From positions 25,761-89,760 of the forward strand of contig JBJKSX010000053.1 in NCBI GenBank assembly GCA_046703545.1: DNA of 64,000 bases. Reading direction: 5' to 3'. The notes under the pieces are model-generated. The model was not told where the DNA came from and made no database searches. It saw only the letters and a program-made list of their open reading frames with translations. This document shows positions 1 to 9,708 of the stretch, piece after piece. Position numbers and translations under genes: made by a program. How positions within the stretch are numbered: the stretch's first letter is position 1; every line of letters begins with the position of its first letter. This stretch comes from Thermoplasmataceae archaeon. Lineage in GTDB: Archaea > Thermoplasmatota > Thermoplasmata > Thermoplasmatales > Thermoplasmataceae.

Positions 1-1
1 T

Positions 2-1114
2 GACGCCGGCTCAGATCAGGCCAGATTCATTGAGGAATTTGAGAACATCGTGATACTGGATCACCATTTTTTCCAGGAAAACTCATTCAAGGGGCTGAAC
101 ATAAACGCAAGGCAGTTTGGCATCGACGGCACGAGAGGGGCCTGTGGGGCCACAATGGGCTTTGCCATGGCACTTGCAATGGATGAGGCAAATGCGGATC
201 TCATGCCGTTCCTCTTGTCAGGCGCAATCTCCGACAAACAGGATATTGGCGGCTTTACTGGGCTCAACAAGGATCTGTTCGAGCACTATGGCAAGAAACT
301 GAAGACCGCCCACACTCTTAATCTGGAAGGGTCGACCCTTCTCGATGGAATAACATATTCAACAGACCCTTTCTTCCTGGAACTCAGTGGGAAGCCTGAG
401 AACGTCAGGGCTGCCCTGGAATCCCTTGAAATCGATCCCCAGAAGAATATTTTTGATCTCAGTGAAGATGAAAAGCAGAAAACGGCGGAATACCTCGCCT
501 CAAGGCTGCTTCAGCAGAATGCAGGATCTGAGGCGATAAAATACCTGGAAAATGATCTGACCCGGTTTGATGAACTTGGCTATACCTCCAAGGAGCTCAG
601 CACCATTGTTGACGGCAACGCCAAGGTTGGCATGAACTCGGTTCCAATCATATACTTCCTGGGAGACAAATCCCAAAAGGAAGACATGACAAACAACTGG
701 AGAATATTCAAGACAAAACTGATAGAGTACACATACAGAGCTTACAAAGAGGTTTTCGAGGAAGAAAACGTAAGGTATTTCTACGCCCCAGAATCTGAAA
801 TGGCCGGAGCAATAAGCGGAATACTCATGCTGTACCTCATGAAGCAGGACAGGCCACTGATTGGCTTTAACGCCGGTAACGACGACACGAAAGTGTCTTC
901 AAGAGGCTCAAGGAGGCAGGTCCAGAAGGGATTGAACCTTTCACTGGTAATGCGGGAGAGCGCAAAGGAAGTGGGAGGCTCAGGCGGGGGCCATGACATT
1001 GCTGCGGGAGCAGTTATTCCAAGGGGCAAAGAGAAACAGTTTGTTGAAACTGCAAACAGGATCATAGGAGAACAACTGGGCCGACACACATTGGATCCTG
1101 AGGAAAAGGTTTAA
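2..1114 (+). CDS. RecJ-like DHH/DHHA1 phosphoesterase (archaeal RecJ/GAN type), 5' end cut by window edge
   Basis: The frame is open from base 2 (DAGSDQARFIEEFENIVILDHH...), so the listed GTG at 50 is not the real start. It has the DHH motif 'ILDHH' and the C-terminal DHHA1 motif 'GGSGGGHDIAAGA'. Confidence 0.8.
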   Translation, partial: DAGSDQARFIEEFENIVILDHHFFQENSFKGLNINARQFGIDGTRGACGATMGFAMALAMDEANADLMPFLLSGAISDKQDIGGFTGLNKDLFEHYGKKLKTAHTLNLEGSTLLDGITYSTDPFFLELSGKPENVRAALESLEIDPQKNIFDLSEDEKQKTAEYLASRLLQQNAGSEAIKYLENDLTRFDELGYTSKELSTIVDGNAKVGMNSVPIIYFLGDKSQKEDMTNNWRIFKTKLIEYTYRAYKEVFEEENVRYFYAPESEMAGAISGILMLYLMKQDRPLIGFNAGNDDTKVSSRGSRRQVQKGLNLSLVMRESAKEVGGSGGGHDIAAGAVIPRGKEKQFVETANRIIGEQLGRHTLDPEEKV

Positions 1115-1137
1115 ATCCAGAGAGGATTATGAACTGA

Positions 1138-1791
1138 ATGGCTCGGATAGGAGTCTTCACATCTGATTTCAAGTTCTACCATGACGTGATTAAGCTGCTC
1201 AAAGAGTGGAATCTCCCGTTCCTGAGCGTTGAGTCTTCTGATTCAATCCCCGATGATGTCCACGTGATACTTAGCTCTTCCAAGGACGATTTCAAACTTG
1301 AGAGGCAGGTGAAGGCTAACGATTCAAAACAGGCCCTGCGGATGTCGCTTTCCAGATTGCTTCTCAAGGAGGCTTTTGAAACCCTTGTGATAGGTATAGA
1401 CCCTGGGCCCTACCCCGGACTCGCAGTGTTTGCTGATGGTGTTTTGACAGAAGCATTTGAGTGTGCATCAACGGCAGTCATGGGACAGGAAGTTGGAGAC
1501 ATTGTGTCTTCCTACAGCTTCAATGGCCTGGAAATAAAGATCGGTGACGGCGATGCCCCCAATCGCGATGCCATAATAAAGAGCCTCAGGGCAAACAATC
1601 TGCCGGTGAGGGTTGTTGACGAAAAGAACACAAGCTTCCCGCACAAAATACACGACAATGCCCTTTCTGCTGCCAGGATTGCCCAGATAGAGCACAGGTA
1701 TATGGTTTCGGAAGAGCAGCTAGACCAGAATATGAAACGAAAGCATGCCTATGAGAAAGAATTCACCACCCTCAGAAGCATTGTGGGCTGA
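1138..1791 (+). CDS. Conserved hypothetical protein with RNase H-fold (RuvC/YqgF-like) nuclease-like region
   Basis: The ATG lies 24 nt after the upstream stop. 'LVIGIDPGPYPGLAVF' resembles the first-strand 'IGIDPG' Asp motif of RuvC/YqgF. 'VRVVDEKNTS' resembles the YqgF 'vDERlT/S' motif. This is a motif-level call only. Confidence 0.45.
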   Translation: MARIGVFTSDFKFYHDVIKLLKEWNLPFLSVESSDSIPDDVHVILSSSKDDFKLERQVKANDSKQALRMSLSRLLLKEAFETLVIGIDPGPYPGLAVFADGVLTEAFECASTAVMGQEVGDIVSSYSFNGLEIKIGDGDAPNRDAIIKSLRANNLPVRVVDEKNTSFPHKIHDNALSAARIAQIEHRYMVSEEQLDQNMKRKHAYEKEFTTLRSIVG

Positions 1792-1880
1792 ATTGCATAA
1801 CCTTGAAATCGTCATTCAGCCTGCAAAAAAGAATTTGTTTTGAATTTTAAAAAATTTGGTTTTACAACAATCATGGAAGA

Positions 1881-2678
1881 TTACTTGTTCTTTCTCCACT
1901 TTGGCGGCCTCATTCCACTGGCTGGCCTCTTCCCTGCCGAGAATGCGAAGAACACCATGAATATGACCACAATTGCCGCAACATAATAGATCCAGTTGTA
2001 ATTGGGCGGTGTTCCGAAATAGAAATGGGAAGTTGCCTGGCCGCTGTTGCCGTTCACCTGAATTGCAGACGACGATGCTGTGACCTTTATTGAGTGCTCT
2101 CCGTTTGTCAGGGACTCGAATGGGTAGGTGTAGTTCACTTCAAGCACCTGGTTGGGCAGAATGGATGCGACTGTAACCTGCCCGGTGGGGAATTGTGAAT
2201 TATCCAGGTAGAAATCAATGGTGAGGTTGTGAACCGTGGAAATTCCTTTGTTCGCTATCTGTGCATGGAAGACAATGGGCTCCGATACGGAAACTGAGTA
2301 TGTCTGGCTGTTGCTGACATTCGCCCCATTGTAATCGGCTGCAGCAATGACCTTGACATATATTGTCTGAGCAATTGCTGGAGAGGTTATGTTGAACTGG
2401 AAATCAGGATCAGTCGCACTGAACTTGTGAATTGAAGACTGCAGCGATGAAGAGCCTGAGAAGTTCTCTCCCCCTATGTATGCGGTGACTGTGTAATTGC
2501 TGAAGCCATATGTTTCGTTGACATACATTGTGAAGTTCTGGTTCACGAATGAGTATGACGGGAGTGAAGCTGTCTGCGAGAACGGAGGCACGTATGTGTA
2601 ACCGCTTGAGACACCTATGGCTGCGAACGATGAAAGGAATAGTAGTGAAACAATCGTAATCAGTGCTGTCTTCTTCAT
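1881..2678 (-). CDS. Small membrane-anchored surface glycoprotein candidate (signal peptide, CARDB-like beta-sandwich, C-terminal TM and basic tail)
   Basis: N-terminal 'MKKTALITIVSLLFLSSFAAIG' looks like a signal sequence. There are many N-x-S/T sequons. 'NLTIDFYLDNSQFPTGQVTVASILPNQVLEVNYTY...GEHSIKVTA' is CARDB-like. The C-terminus is 'IYYVAAIVVIFMVFFAFSAGKRP...KWRKNK'. The start ATG overlaps the aglB stop (ATGA at 2675-2678). Confidence 0.65.
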   Translation of the reverse strand: MKKTALITIVSLLFLSSFAAIGVSSGYTYVPPFSQTASLPSYSFVNQNFTMYVNETYGFSNYTVTAYIGGENFSGSSSLQSSIHKFSATDPDFQFNITSPAIAQTIYVKVIAAADYNGANVSNSQTYSVSVSEPIVFHAQIANKGISTVHNLTIDFYLDNSQFPTGQVTVASILPNQVLEVNYTYPFESLTNGEHSIKVTASSSAIQVNGNSGQATSHFYFGTPPNYNWIYYVAAIVVIFMVFFAFSAGKRPASGMRPPKWRKNK

Positions 2679-5600
2679 TTCTTCCTGCTCCTGTAAGCTG
2701 TTGCGATGAGCCCACCGACAACCGCCACCGCAATTATGAGTATGCCATATAGCAGTGTGCCAAGTGGGGAACCTGTGTAATTGGCGATAATGTTTGCTCC
2801 CGAAGGATACGGGACAACACTTGCCGACTGCGGCGAGCTGAATGAGAGTTGCTGTGAAATGCTGAGTGTGCCATTCTGTGCTGTGGTGCTGTTTGTATTC
2901 AGAGTGAATGAGAACGGATAGACCGGCTGGGACACTGTTGCATTGAGTGAAACATATACCACCTTGCTTGTTCCGAATGGGAGGTACACAGAGTTGTTGG
3001 TCCCACTGTTCAGGATAAATGAGCCATGCCAGCCATTCAGCTGGAGCATTGTCTGGTTAAGGGACAGATAAACTGTCAGGGGTGCATTGCCCGTATTGTT
3101 CAGCAGAACTGGTATCAGAGTCATGTTGCCATTGTAGACAGGGAACCCATTCTCACTCACGGAATAATTGTAGTCTGCCTTGACGTTCACTGGAAGATTG
3201 AGCGTTGTTGAGCCACCGATGTACCCCAGCGAAACTGGAAGGTTCTCAGATCCGTATGCAAGATTTCCGTTGAGAGTGGCATTCACCGTTATGTTCGCAC
3301 TCTGGCCCGGCATGAGTGTCAGCGTGCTTGGATTGAAAGATTCAGTCCAGGTTCCTGCTGTGGAAGCCAGGAATATTGACTCATTGCTGTTTCCGGTGTT
3401 TGTGAGGTTGAAGGTGTATGTCAGGTTTCCGCCCATTCCAATTGTGGCGACTCCGGATATGAGGTTTGCCTGGAATGAATGCACCACATTCTTGCTGAGT
3501 GTAAGGGGTATGGTCATGTCGGAGTTGACCTGCACAACAGTTCCAGTGGAATATGTCACTGTCAGTATGCTGCCATCCATTGTTGTTTCAGTGGTTGATG
3601 TTGAAGACTGGAAGCCGTAGCTTCCAACTGGAAGGAATATGCTTCCTGACATTGGATCAAATGCAAACCTTGCATTTCCAGATGTTATGTTGACCGGGTT
3701 GTTGACTATCTTGCTTCCCATGTTCACGCTGGCGGTTACGTAATAGCCATTGGACATTGTAAGGTTCTTGGATATGCCTGATGAGAAAGCCGGAACGTCA
3801 ATTGCACCGAAGTAAGCAGTATTGCTCATTGTGTTCTTTGCGTATATGGTATTCTCTCCTGTGGGCACATTCATGGAATAGTATCCTGCACTGTTTGTTG
3901 TGGTCGTGTTCAGAATATCCCCTGCAGCATTGACTAGCATGACTGTTGTGTACATCGATGCGCCTCCGCCAAACGTGGCGTAGCCGGAAAGCGGAGAGAA
4001 GTACTGCTGCCCTGCAATGGACAGGTTAAGCATGGTGTTTGAGTTAAGATCAACTGCCTTTGAGCCCGTGTATGTGTAGGAGCCAGTTGCATTGGAGAAG
4101 GAATAGCGGTAAGTCACCGTGTAGGCCCCCGACGGGAGTGCGATTGAACCGCCGCTCACATTAAGAATCGATGAGCCCTTTGTAATGGTGTAAACACCAG
4201 CAGAATATGCCTGGCTGTTGGACAGGCCAAGGCTGTACGCATTGCTGTAAGTTGGGTTGATCACTGTGTTCCCCTGTATGAACTGTGTGCTCAGGCTCGC
4301 GCCTCTTGAGGAGTTGTATGAATAAACCTGGTAAGTTCCTGTTGGCAGCATTGTTTTGTCGCTGACTTCAGTCCCGTTCAGGTAGAAAACCCTGGTAACC
4401 TGGGCTGTGGAGGATGTGACATTTGAATACTCTGTCACTCCAAGGTGATACGTGCCCATGTGCGGGCTGTTCACTGCCAGGTAAGCCGGATTTGCCACTA
4501 TTAGTGAATTTGCAGAGGAGAGTGTGGCCAGGTAGAAGCCAAGTGGCACATCAACAGTCCCTGTCCCTGATGTGAGGGTAATGTTGTAGCTGCCGCTATC
4601 TGAAGTGAGGTGAAGATACTGCGTGGTAGATGCAAGTGAGGTCTGGCTCAACTCCAGAGTGAACTGCGATGTGATCTGTGTGACCGGAATGGAAGCCTGT
4701 GATCCACTGGCCGTTATTGATGGGGCAGCGCTGTAAAATGCATTTTCATATGAAAGTGACATGCTTCCGGCTGCATAGCTCGGGTAATACAACTGTGCTA
4801 TGCCCTGCGAATTGACGATTGTGAAGTAGAGCGGTGTGTTTCCAAGCTTCATGATCACGATTCCACTGTTCACTGCAGACTTTGCATTATAAGTTGAGCC
4901 GGCACCACTGTTGAAAACCAATGCCGTGTATGTGTTGTTCTGTGTCAGCGAGAGATTGAAATTGGAGTTGCCGTACACATTTATGGTCTGGAATCCCGAA
5001 TGGCTGCCGCCCGTGTATACACCTATGCCGGAGACCTCATAGGATCCCTCTGGAAGCTGTATCTGCAGATTTTTGTTGCTGTTGAATGAGTACTGGAGGT
5101 AGGTGTGTCCAGTGAGCAGTTCATACTGGCCGGAATACGTTGTGGAGCCCTTCATGTTTGATGCCAGTGTGAGATTCGCCAGGGGCGATAGTGTCACGTT
5201 GGCGTAATACGTGCTGTTGATGGTTACCGTGTTGAGGTAGCTTCCCTGAGGTGAAAGAACATATTCAGTGTATACGCCGTATGGGATGCTGCCCGAGTAT
5301 CTCCCATTGCTGTACGCAAGTGAAATTCCTGCACTCATCAGTCCATTCTTGTAAAGTGTCACATTGGCCGGGCCGCTGTAACCGTTTATTCCTATTGATA
5401 CAGTGGAGGAAAGCAACGGGGTGAGATTGCCTGTAACGTTCTGGCCCCAGGTGCTGAATCCAGCACTGGCTGGATTGGATGATAAATTGTTCCCGGACAG
5501 TGAAATGGTATAGTTTCCGGGTGTCACCCATATCTTGGCTGTGCCGGTTGAGTTGGAAAGTGTGCTTCCCGCAACATACCCTGTGCCTGTGGTTGCAACT

Positions 5601-8600
5601 GATAGCCCCTGAAGCCTGCTTCCCGAAAGGGAAACATTTGCGAAAATTGTGTCAAAGGCCACTATCATGTTGTATATCAGGTTTCCACCGTTGGAAACAT
5701 TTGCAAGCAGAAGGTTGGAATACGTGTGGCCGCCTGTTGTTATAGCCACTTCGTATGATATGGGAGGTAGGTTTGTGAATGAATAATTGCCGTTGATTAT
5801 GGGGGCTGTGTATGAAAGGTTGTAAGTGCTGTTGCTGTATGTGATGGAGCCGTCATTGATCTGAGTCTGAGTCATCTGTGTCGAAGCTGGACCCTGCCCT
5901 GGCAAATACTGCTGATACTGGAATTTGGCTGAACCAGAAATGTTTGTGTAGCCCATTCTGTAATTCTCAGTCAGGTAATAATCTGGAAGGCCGGTGGTCT
6001 TGTTGTATGAGGTTGCGATCCTGTTTCCCTGATTCTGAGATATTGTGATCTGCTTTGTCCCTATGGAGTTTGAACCTATCAGGTAGTGCTGTGCGATGGG
6101 CCCTGTGCTGTAGAACAGGCTGTCGTTTCCTGGCAGTGCAGTTATATTGTAATACCCCTGGCTGTTGGTGGTAACCACTTCATGAGGTATCCCATACTGG
6201 TCGAAAACAGTGACATGGACTCCCGGCACCGGGTCTCCGTTTGGCATGGTAATCTGTCCGTGCACAATTGCCCCGGGATAATATGCAACAATTGGGTCAG
6301 ATATGGCAACAAGGGTTGATACCGGCGGCATGAGCTCCACTGTGCCAACGCCCTGTGTCTTCAGTGTGTAAGCTTCCTGGAGAGGAACTGTTGTCCAGGC
6401 TGTGGGATGTGCCTGATAGTCCTTGTAGGGGTTGAATGGTATGTTCTCATACACGAGGAGGAAGTTGCTCATGTTCCAGGCTGGCATTGCAGTGTACTGG
6501 GTAGCACCGTAGTCAATCCCAGGAATTCCGTAAGTCTGGCCCACAGCTGAAGGCGGTATGCCAATGGTGAACCTGTAAATTGAAGTGTTGTAAAACTGTG
6601 GGGTGTACTGTATGTTGTAAGATGTTGGTATAAGCCCCGAAGGGAGGTTCTGCAGTGAAAAGGTCCCGTTTGCCGTGTTGGCGAATATGTTGTAGAATCC
6701 TGTAGGTATGACACCGCCAGCAGCGGTTGCGTAAGACGGTGTGTATGTCAGATATGCGGGTGCATAAAAGATGCCTGTGTCCGTGGCGGATATTGGCAGA
6801 AGGGGCGGAATGCTGTTGTCAGTAGGTATCTGGATATATTTTATTGAGTTTCCAGTTGCGGATATCAGGTCCTGATATGTGTTGATTATTGCTGATGTGG
6901 AGTAGGTGCTGGCAAGGTATCCTTTGATATAGGCGAAATAGACGTTCTGGGAATCTATCCCAGAAATATACTGCCCATAGACGGTTGGATTGGCCAGAAC
7001 TGCATTCTTGTACTGGTCTGGATTCTTGGAAACATTGATCAGGTTTGAATACCCTGAGGCCCCAAGATCCTGAATAAGAATCAGCGTAACGTTTGAAGAG
7101 AAATTGCCATTATTGTAATTCGCCTGTAACAGACGCCCAATGAACAGGGATATGATCTGGGAATTATTCTGCGCCAGCAGCGTCTGCCCGGCTATTGGGA
7201 TTCCCTGCTGGAAGTCGTCCGCGACAGATGGGTGCTTGCCCTGGTACAGCTGCTGGAAACCATAATCCCACCACGATACGTAGGCCGGCTTGTCCAGAAC
7301 AGGAACATTTGCGTCCTGGGTGGATAGCCAGGCTAGAGACTTGCTCAGTGGCGTTGATCCATTTGTGACTCCTCCGCTCAATCCCCCAACAAAATTGGTT
7401 GTGTTGTTTGTCTGGAGGAAAGATGGTATTGAACTTCCGATCTGTGATTCGATCTGTCCCTGCGCTGTGCTTCCATATGGAACCGCAGCAGAAACCATGA
7501 ACGTCGCGGAGGGAATGATAAGAAGCGCGGTTATGAGAACCACAAACACTGTCTGAAGTCCCTTTATGTTGCCTCTTATTGCTTTCAGCGGTGATGCAGA
7601 AGTTGAGGGCTTCTTCTTCTTTATCTCATCAAGCCTGCTGACCTTTGCAAAGAACATAAGCATTGCCGCACCCAGAATTGCGTATGCGGGGGCAGCAGTG
7701 ATGTTGAACCTTGCAGCAGCAAAGCTCATGTATATGGATACAAGTGAGAACACCAGTATATACAGAAGATGTTCTGACTTATCCTTGAAATACAAGTACA
7801 CTGTGTAGGCGAGACCAGTCAGGCCAAGCATGAACTGGGCAACACCAAAGCCTCCGATGTATGATCCAAGTTGTGGAGCGGCGGCTTCGGCAATTGTGGC
7901 ATAAACACGTGTCTTGATGAAGTATCCCTCACCACTGAGGAGCCTGTCCAGAAGTGCAGGGCTGAAAATAGCCATGCCTTCAAACGCTGCTATGACAACA
8001 ACCGCGAGAATTGGAATGATGAGAATCCAGGGCCTTCTTCCAACTATGCCGATTACGATGCCGACGAATATCATCACTATTCCTATCAGAATCTCAGCAT
8101 TGTACCAGCCGCTGGCTTCACCAAGGGCGATATAGTAGTAAGCACCCATGGCAAATCCAAGAATTACGAACAGAGCGGTGTAGAATGTAACATAACCCGT
8201 TGGCCTTTTCAGGAAGAGGTTCACAAGAAGCTGAACTGCCACGTACATGAGCAGGATGGCCTCGATGTAGGCATATCCCTGCCAGGAAAGCATCAGTCCC
8301 CCCAAGGAAGCTCCTGCAAGGAGGGCATAGATTGTCGGAATCCTGTTGGCGTTGAAGAATTCAATGATCCTGGTGTGGTAATGCCTGAAATCCCTGAGGT
8401 CCTCGATGATCCTCCCTTTCTGGCTCATCTTTATGGCCTTTACAAAGAAATATATCGCAAAGAATGCAAATATAAGCTCTGGAGTGTGCATCCTGCCGCC
8501 TGAGAGTATTCCTGCCGAAAGGTTGCTGGGCATCAATGCATAAAGCATTGCAGCAACCGCAGCTGTATTCTTGCCGAATATCTCCTTGGCTATGAGGTAT

Positions 8601-9013
8601 ACTGGTATGATTAAGAGCGCCCCGAAGACTGCGTTGAACTCTTCAAACGCATAGAAGGCGGCCTGATCCACATTCATGAATGGAGACAGGATCTCAGCTA
8701 CAAGCACGATAAACCAGTGGAAGAACGGATTCCTCGGGTTTGTCGTTCCTAGCGGATAATTGAGACTAGGATCGAAAATTAGCTGAGAGTGGTAAGTTAG
8801 TATGTGCAGAATTATCTGAAAATTGTAGTATGGATCACTTCCCCCTGAGGTAGGAAGTGCAGCCAAGCCACCGCCGAGAACCATGGTCGCTGACCAGTAG
8901 TAGTAATTGGAAATGAAAAGGTAGAAAGCGACCAGTATGCCGACGATGATAACCTCTGAATGCCTGTATATCCTAGATAACACGTTGTATCGTGGTTCGA
9001 ACTGTAATTCCAT
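2675..9013 (-). CDS. aglB: Dolichyl-(mono/di)phosphooligosaccharide-protein glycosyltransferase AglB (STT3 family) with a very long C-terminal surface-protein-like extension
   Basis: Uninterrupted 2,112-codon ORF. The N-terminal ~510 aa form a polytopic membrane domain with the first-loop motif 'GGSDPYYNF'. The catalytic 'WWDYG' is encoded at 7259-7273. The remainder is S/T/N/Y/G-rich beta-type sequence ending in the TM helix 'LLYGILIIAVAVVGGLIATAYRSRKK'. Confidence 0.85.
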   Translation of the reverse strand: MELQFEPRYNVLSRIYRHSEVIIVGILVAFYLFISNYYYWSATMVLGGGLAALPTSGGSDPYYNFQIILHILTYHSQLIFDPSLNYPLGTTNPRNPFFHWFIVLVAEILSPFMNVDQAAFYAFEEFNAVFGALLIIPVYLIAKEIFGKNTAAVAAMLYALMPSNLSAGILSGGRMHTPELIFAFFAIYFFVKAIKMSQKGRIIEDLRDFRHYHTRIIEFFNANRIPTIYALLAGASLGGLMLSWQGYAYIEAILLMYVAVQLLVNLFLKRPTGYVTFYTALFVILGFAMGAYYYIALGEASGWYNAEILIGIVMIFVGIVIGIVGRRPWILIIPILAVVVIAAFEGMAIFSPALLDRLLSGEGYFIKTRVYATIAEAAAPQLGSYIGGFGVAQFMLGLTGLAYTVYLYFKDKSEHLLYILVFSLVSIYMSFAAARFNITAAPAYAILGAAMLMFFAKVSRLDEIKKKKPSTSASPLKAIRGNIKGLQTVFVVLITALLIIPSATFMVSAAVPYGSTAQGQIESQIGSSIPSFLQTNNTTNFVGGLSGGVTNGSTPLSKSLAWLSTQDANVPVLDKPAYVSWWDYGFQQLYQGKHPSVADDFQQGIPIAGQTLLAQNNSQIISLFIGRLLQANYNNGNFSSNVTLILIQDLGASGYSNLINVSKNPDQYKNAVLANPTVYGQYISGIDSQNVYFAYIKGYLASTYSTSAIINTYQDLISATGNSIKYIQIPTDNSIPPLLPISATDTGIFYAPAYLTYTPSYATAAGGVIPTGFYNIFANTANGTFSLQNLPSGLIPTSYNIQYTPQFYNTSIYRFTIGIPPSAVGQTYGIPGIDYGATQYTAMPAWNMSNFLLVYENIPFNPYKDYQAHPTAWTTVPLQEAYTLKTQGVGTVELMPPVSTLVAISDPIVAYYPGAIVHGQITMPNGDPVPGVHVTVFDQYGIPHEVVTTNSQGYYNITALPGNDSLFYSTGPIAQHYLIGSNSIGTKQITISQNQGNRIATSYNKTTGLPDYYLTENYRMGYTNISGSAKFQYQQYLPGQGPASTQMTQTQINDGSITYSNSTYNLSYTAPIINGNYSFTNLPPISYEVAITTGGHTYSNLLLANVSNGGNLIYNMIVAFDTIFANVSLSGSRLQGLSVATTGTGYVAGSTLSNSTGTAKIWVTPGNYTISLSGNNLSSNPASAGFSTWGQNVTGNLTPLLSSTVSIGINGYSGPANVTLYKNGLMSAGISLAYSNGRYSGSIPYGVYTEYVLSPQGSYLNTVTINSTYYANVTLSPLANLTLASNMKGSTTYSGQYELLTGHTYLQYSFNSNKNLQIQLPEGSYEVSGIGVYTGGSHSGFQTINVYGNSNFNLSLTQNNTYTALVFNSGAGSTYNAKSAVNSGIVIMKLGNTPLYFTIVNSQGIAQLYYPSYAAGSMSLSYENAFYSAAPSITASGSQASIPVTQITSQFTLELSQTSLASTTQYLHLTSDSGSYNITLTSGTGTVDVPLGFYLATLSSANSLIVANPAYLAVNSPHMGTYHLGVTEYSNVTSSTAQVTRVFYLNGTEVSDKTMLPTGTYQVYSYNSSRGASLSTQFIQGNTVINPTYSNAYSLGLSNSQAYSAGVYTITKGSSILNVSGGSIALPSGAYTVTYRYSFSNATGSYTYTGSKAVDLNSNTMLNLSIAGQQYFSPLSGYATFGGGASMYTTVMLVNAAGDILNTTTTNSAGYYSMNVPTGENTIYAKNTMSNTAYFGAIDVPAFSSGISKNLTMSNGYYVTASVNMGSKIVNNPVNITSGNARFAFDPMSGSIFLPVGSYGFQSSTSTTETTMDGSILTVTYSTGTVVQVNSDMTIPLTLSKNVVHSFQANLISGVATIGMGGNLTYTFNLTNTGNSNESIFLASTAGTWTESFNPSTLTLMPGQSANITVNATLNGNLAYGSENLPVSLGYIGGSTTLNLPVNVKADYNYSVSENGFPVYNGNMTLIPVLLNNTGNAPLTVYLSLNQTMLQLNGWHGSFILNSGTNNSVYLPFGTSKVVYVSLNATVSQPVYPFSFTLNTNSTTAQNGTLSISQQLSFSSPQSASVVPYPSGANIIANYTGSPLGTLLYGILIIAVAVVGGLIATAYRSRKK

Positions 9014-9104
9014 TGTCGTCGTACCTGAGTAACTGCAATATAATCTGAATATAAAAAACTAGGCTGAATGAGCTAAAATACAATAAATAATGAATAAGTA
9101 GGTG

Positions 9105-9593
9105 TTATGGAATAAACGTCAAAATTTCTTCATCAGCGTCATAATCGATCAGCTTAGAATAACGCCCCCATGTCAGGATCAGCCTGAAAGTGGCCTCATG
9201 ATCCTCAGATGGGAAGTTGTCTGCGATGAAATCGTCAAGGTCATCCCGCTCCATCTCATTTGAGCCGGAGTTTTTGAAGCTTCTGATGAGGGACGCAAAT
9301 GGTTCCACTTTGCCAAGCAATTCCCTGAGTTTAAGCTTCCTGTCGGTCAGGTCCGCTTTGAGGAAATCTGTACCAAACGGGGTAACAGAGGCGTCGCCTT
9401 CCTCTACGTTTACCAAACCTAATGCCTCTGCATCATTGAGAAGATTGAGGAGAGTTGTTCTTTCTTCATCTAGCGAATCATCCAGAGTTGCAATGTCTAC
9501 TGGATTTCCCATATCTTCCAGTATTTCCAGCAGACCAAAAACATCTCCAATATTTTCTGTTTCCAAAAGGTGCATTTCTGATTTGTTCTCCAT
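9105..9593 (-). CDS. Stand-alone 'AAA-associated C-terminal domain' protein (the domain normally fused to NitT/TauT-type ABC ATPases)
   Basis: Acidic 162-aa protein. 'VFGLLEILEDMGNPVDIATLDDSL...LLNLLNDAEALGLVNVEEGDASVTPFG' and the terminal 'LILTWGRYSKLIDYDADEEILTF' match my recollection of the conserved '...IDWGRYAELFaYD...' signature of that domain. Confidence 0.55.
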   Translation of the reverse strand: MENKSEMHLLETENIGDVFGLLEILEDMGNPVDIATLDDSLDEERTTLLNLLNDAEALGLVNVEEGDASVTPFGTDFLKADLTDRKLKLRELLGKVEPFASLIRSFKNSGSNEMERDDLDDFIADNFPSEDHEATFRLILTWGRYSKLIDYDADEEILTFIP

Positions 9594-9708
9594 ATTTTTA
9601 TTAGCTTAAAGATTTTATGTTTGAATCGGGTGGTTTCTCGATTTTTCTCTTGAGGTCGGCCTTCATTTCAATCATGTAAAGGTTTTTCACGGTTGTACGG
9701 TTGAATGG

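Noticed and set aside
2675-2780. Archaeosortase-type (PGF-CTERM-like) sorting signal at the C-termini of the AglB tail and the 265-aa glycoprotein
   Set aside because: Both end in a TM helix plus basic tail, but no shared PGF/PEF-like tripeptide precedes the helices, so a sortase signal cannot be supported.
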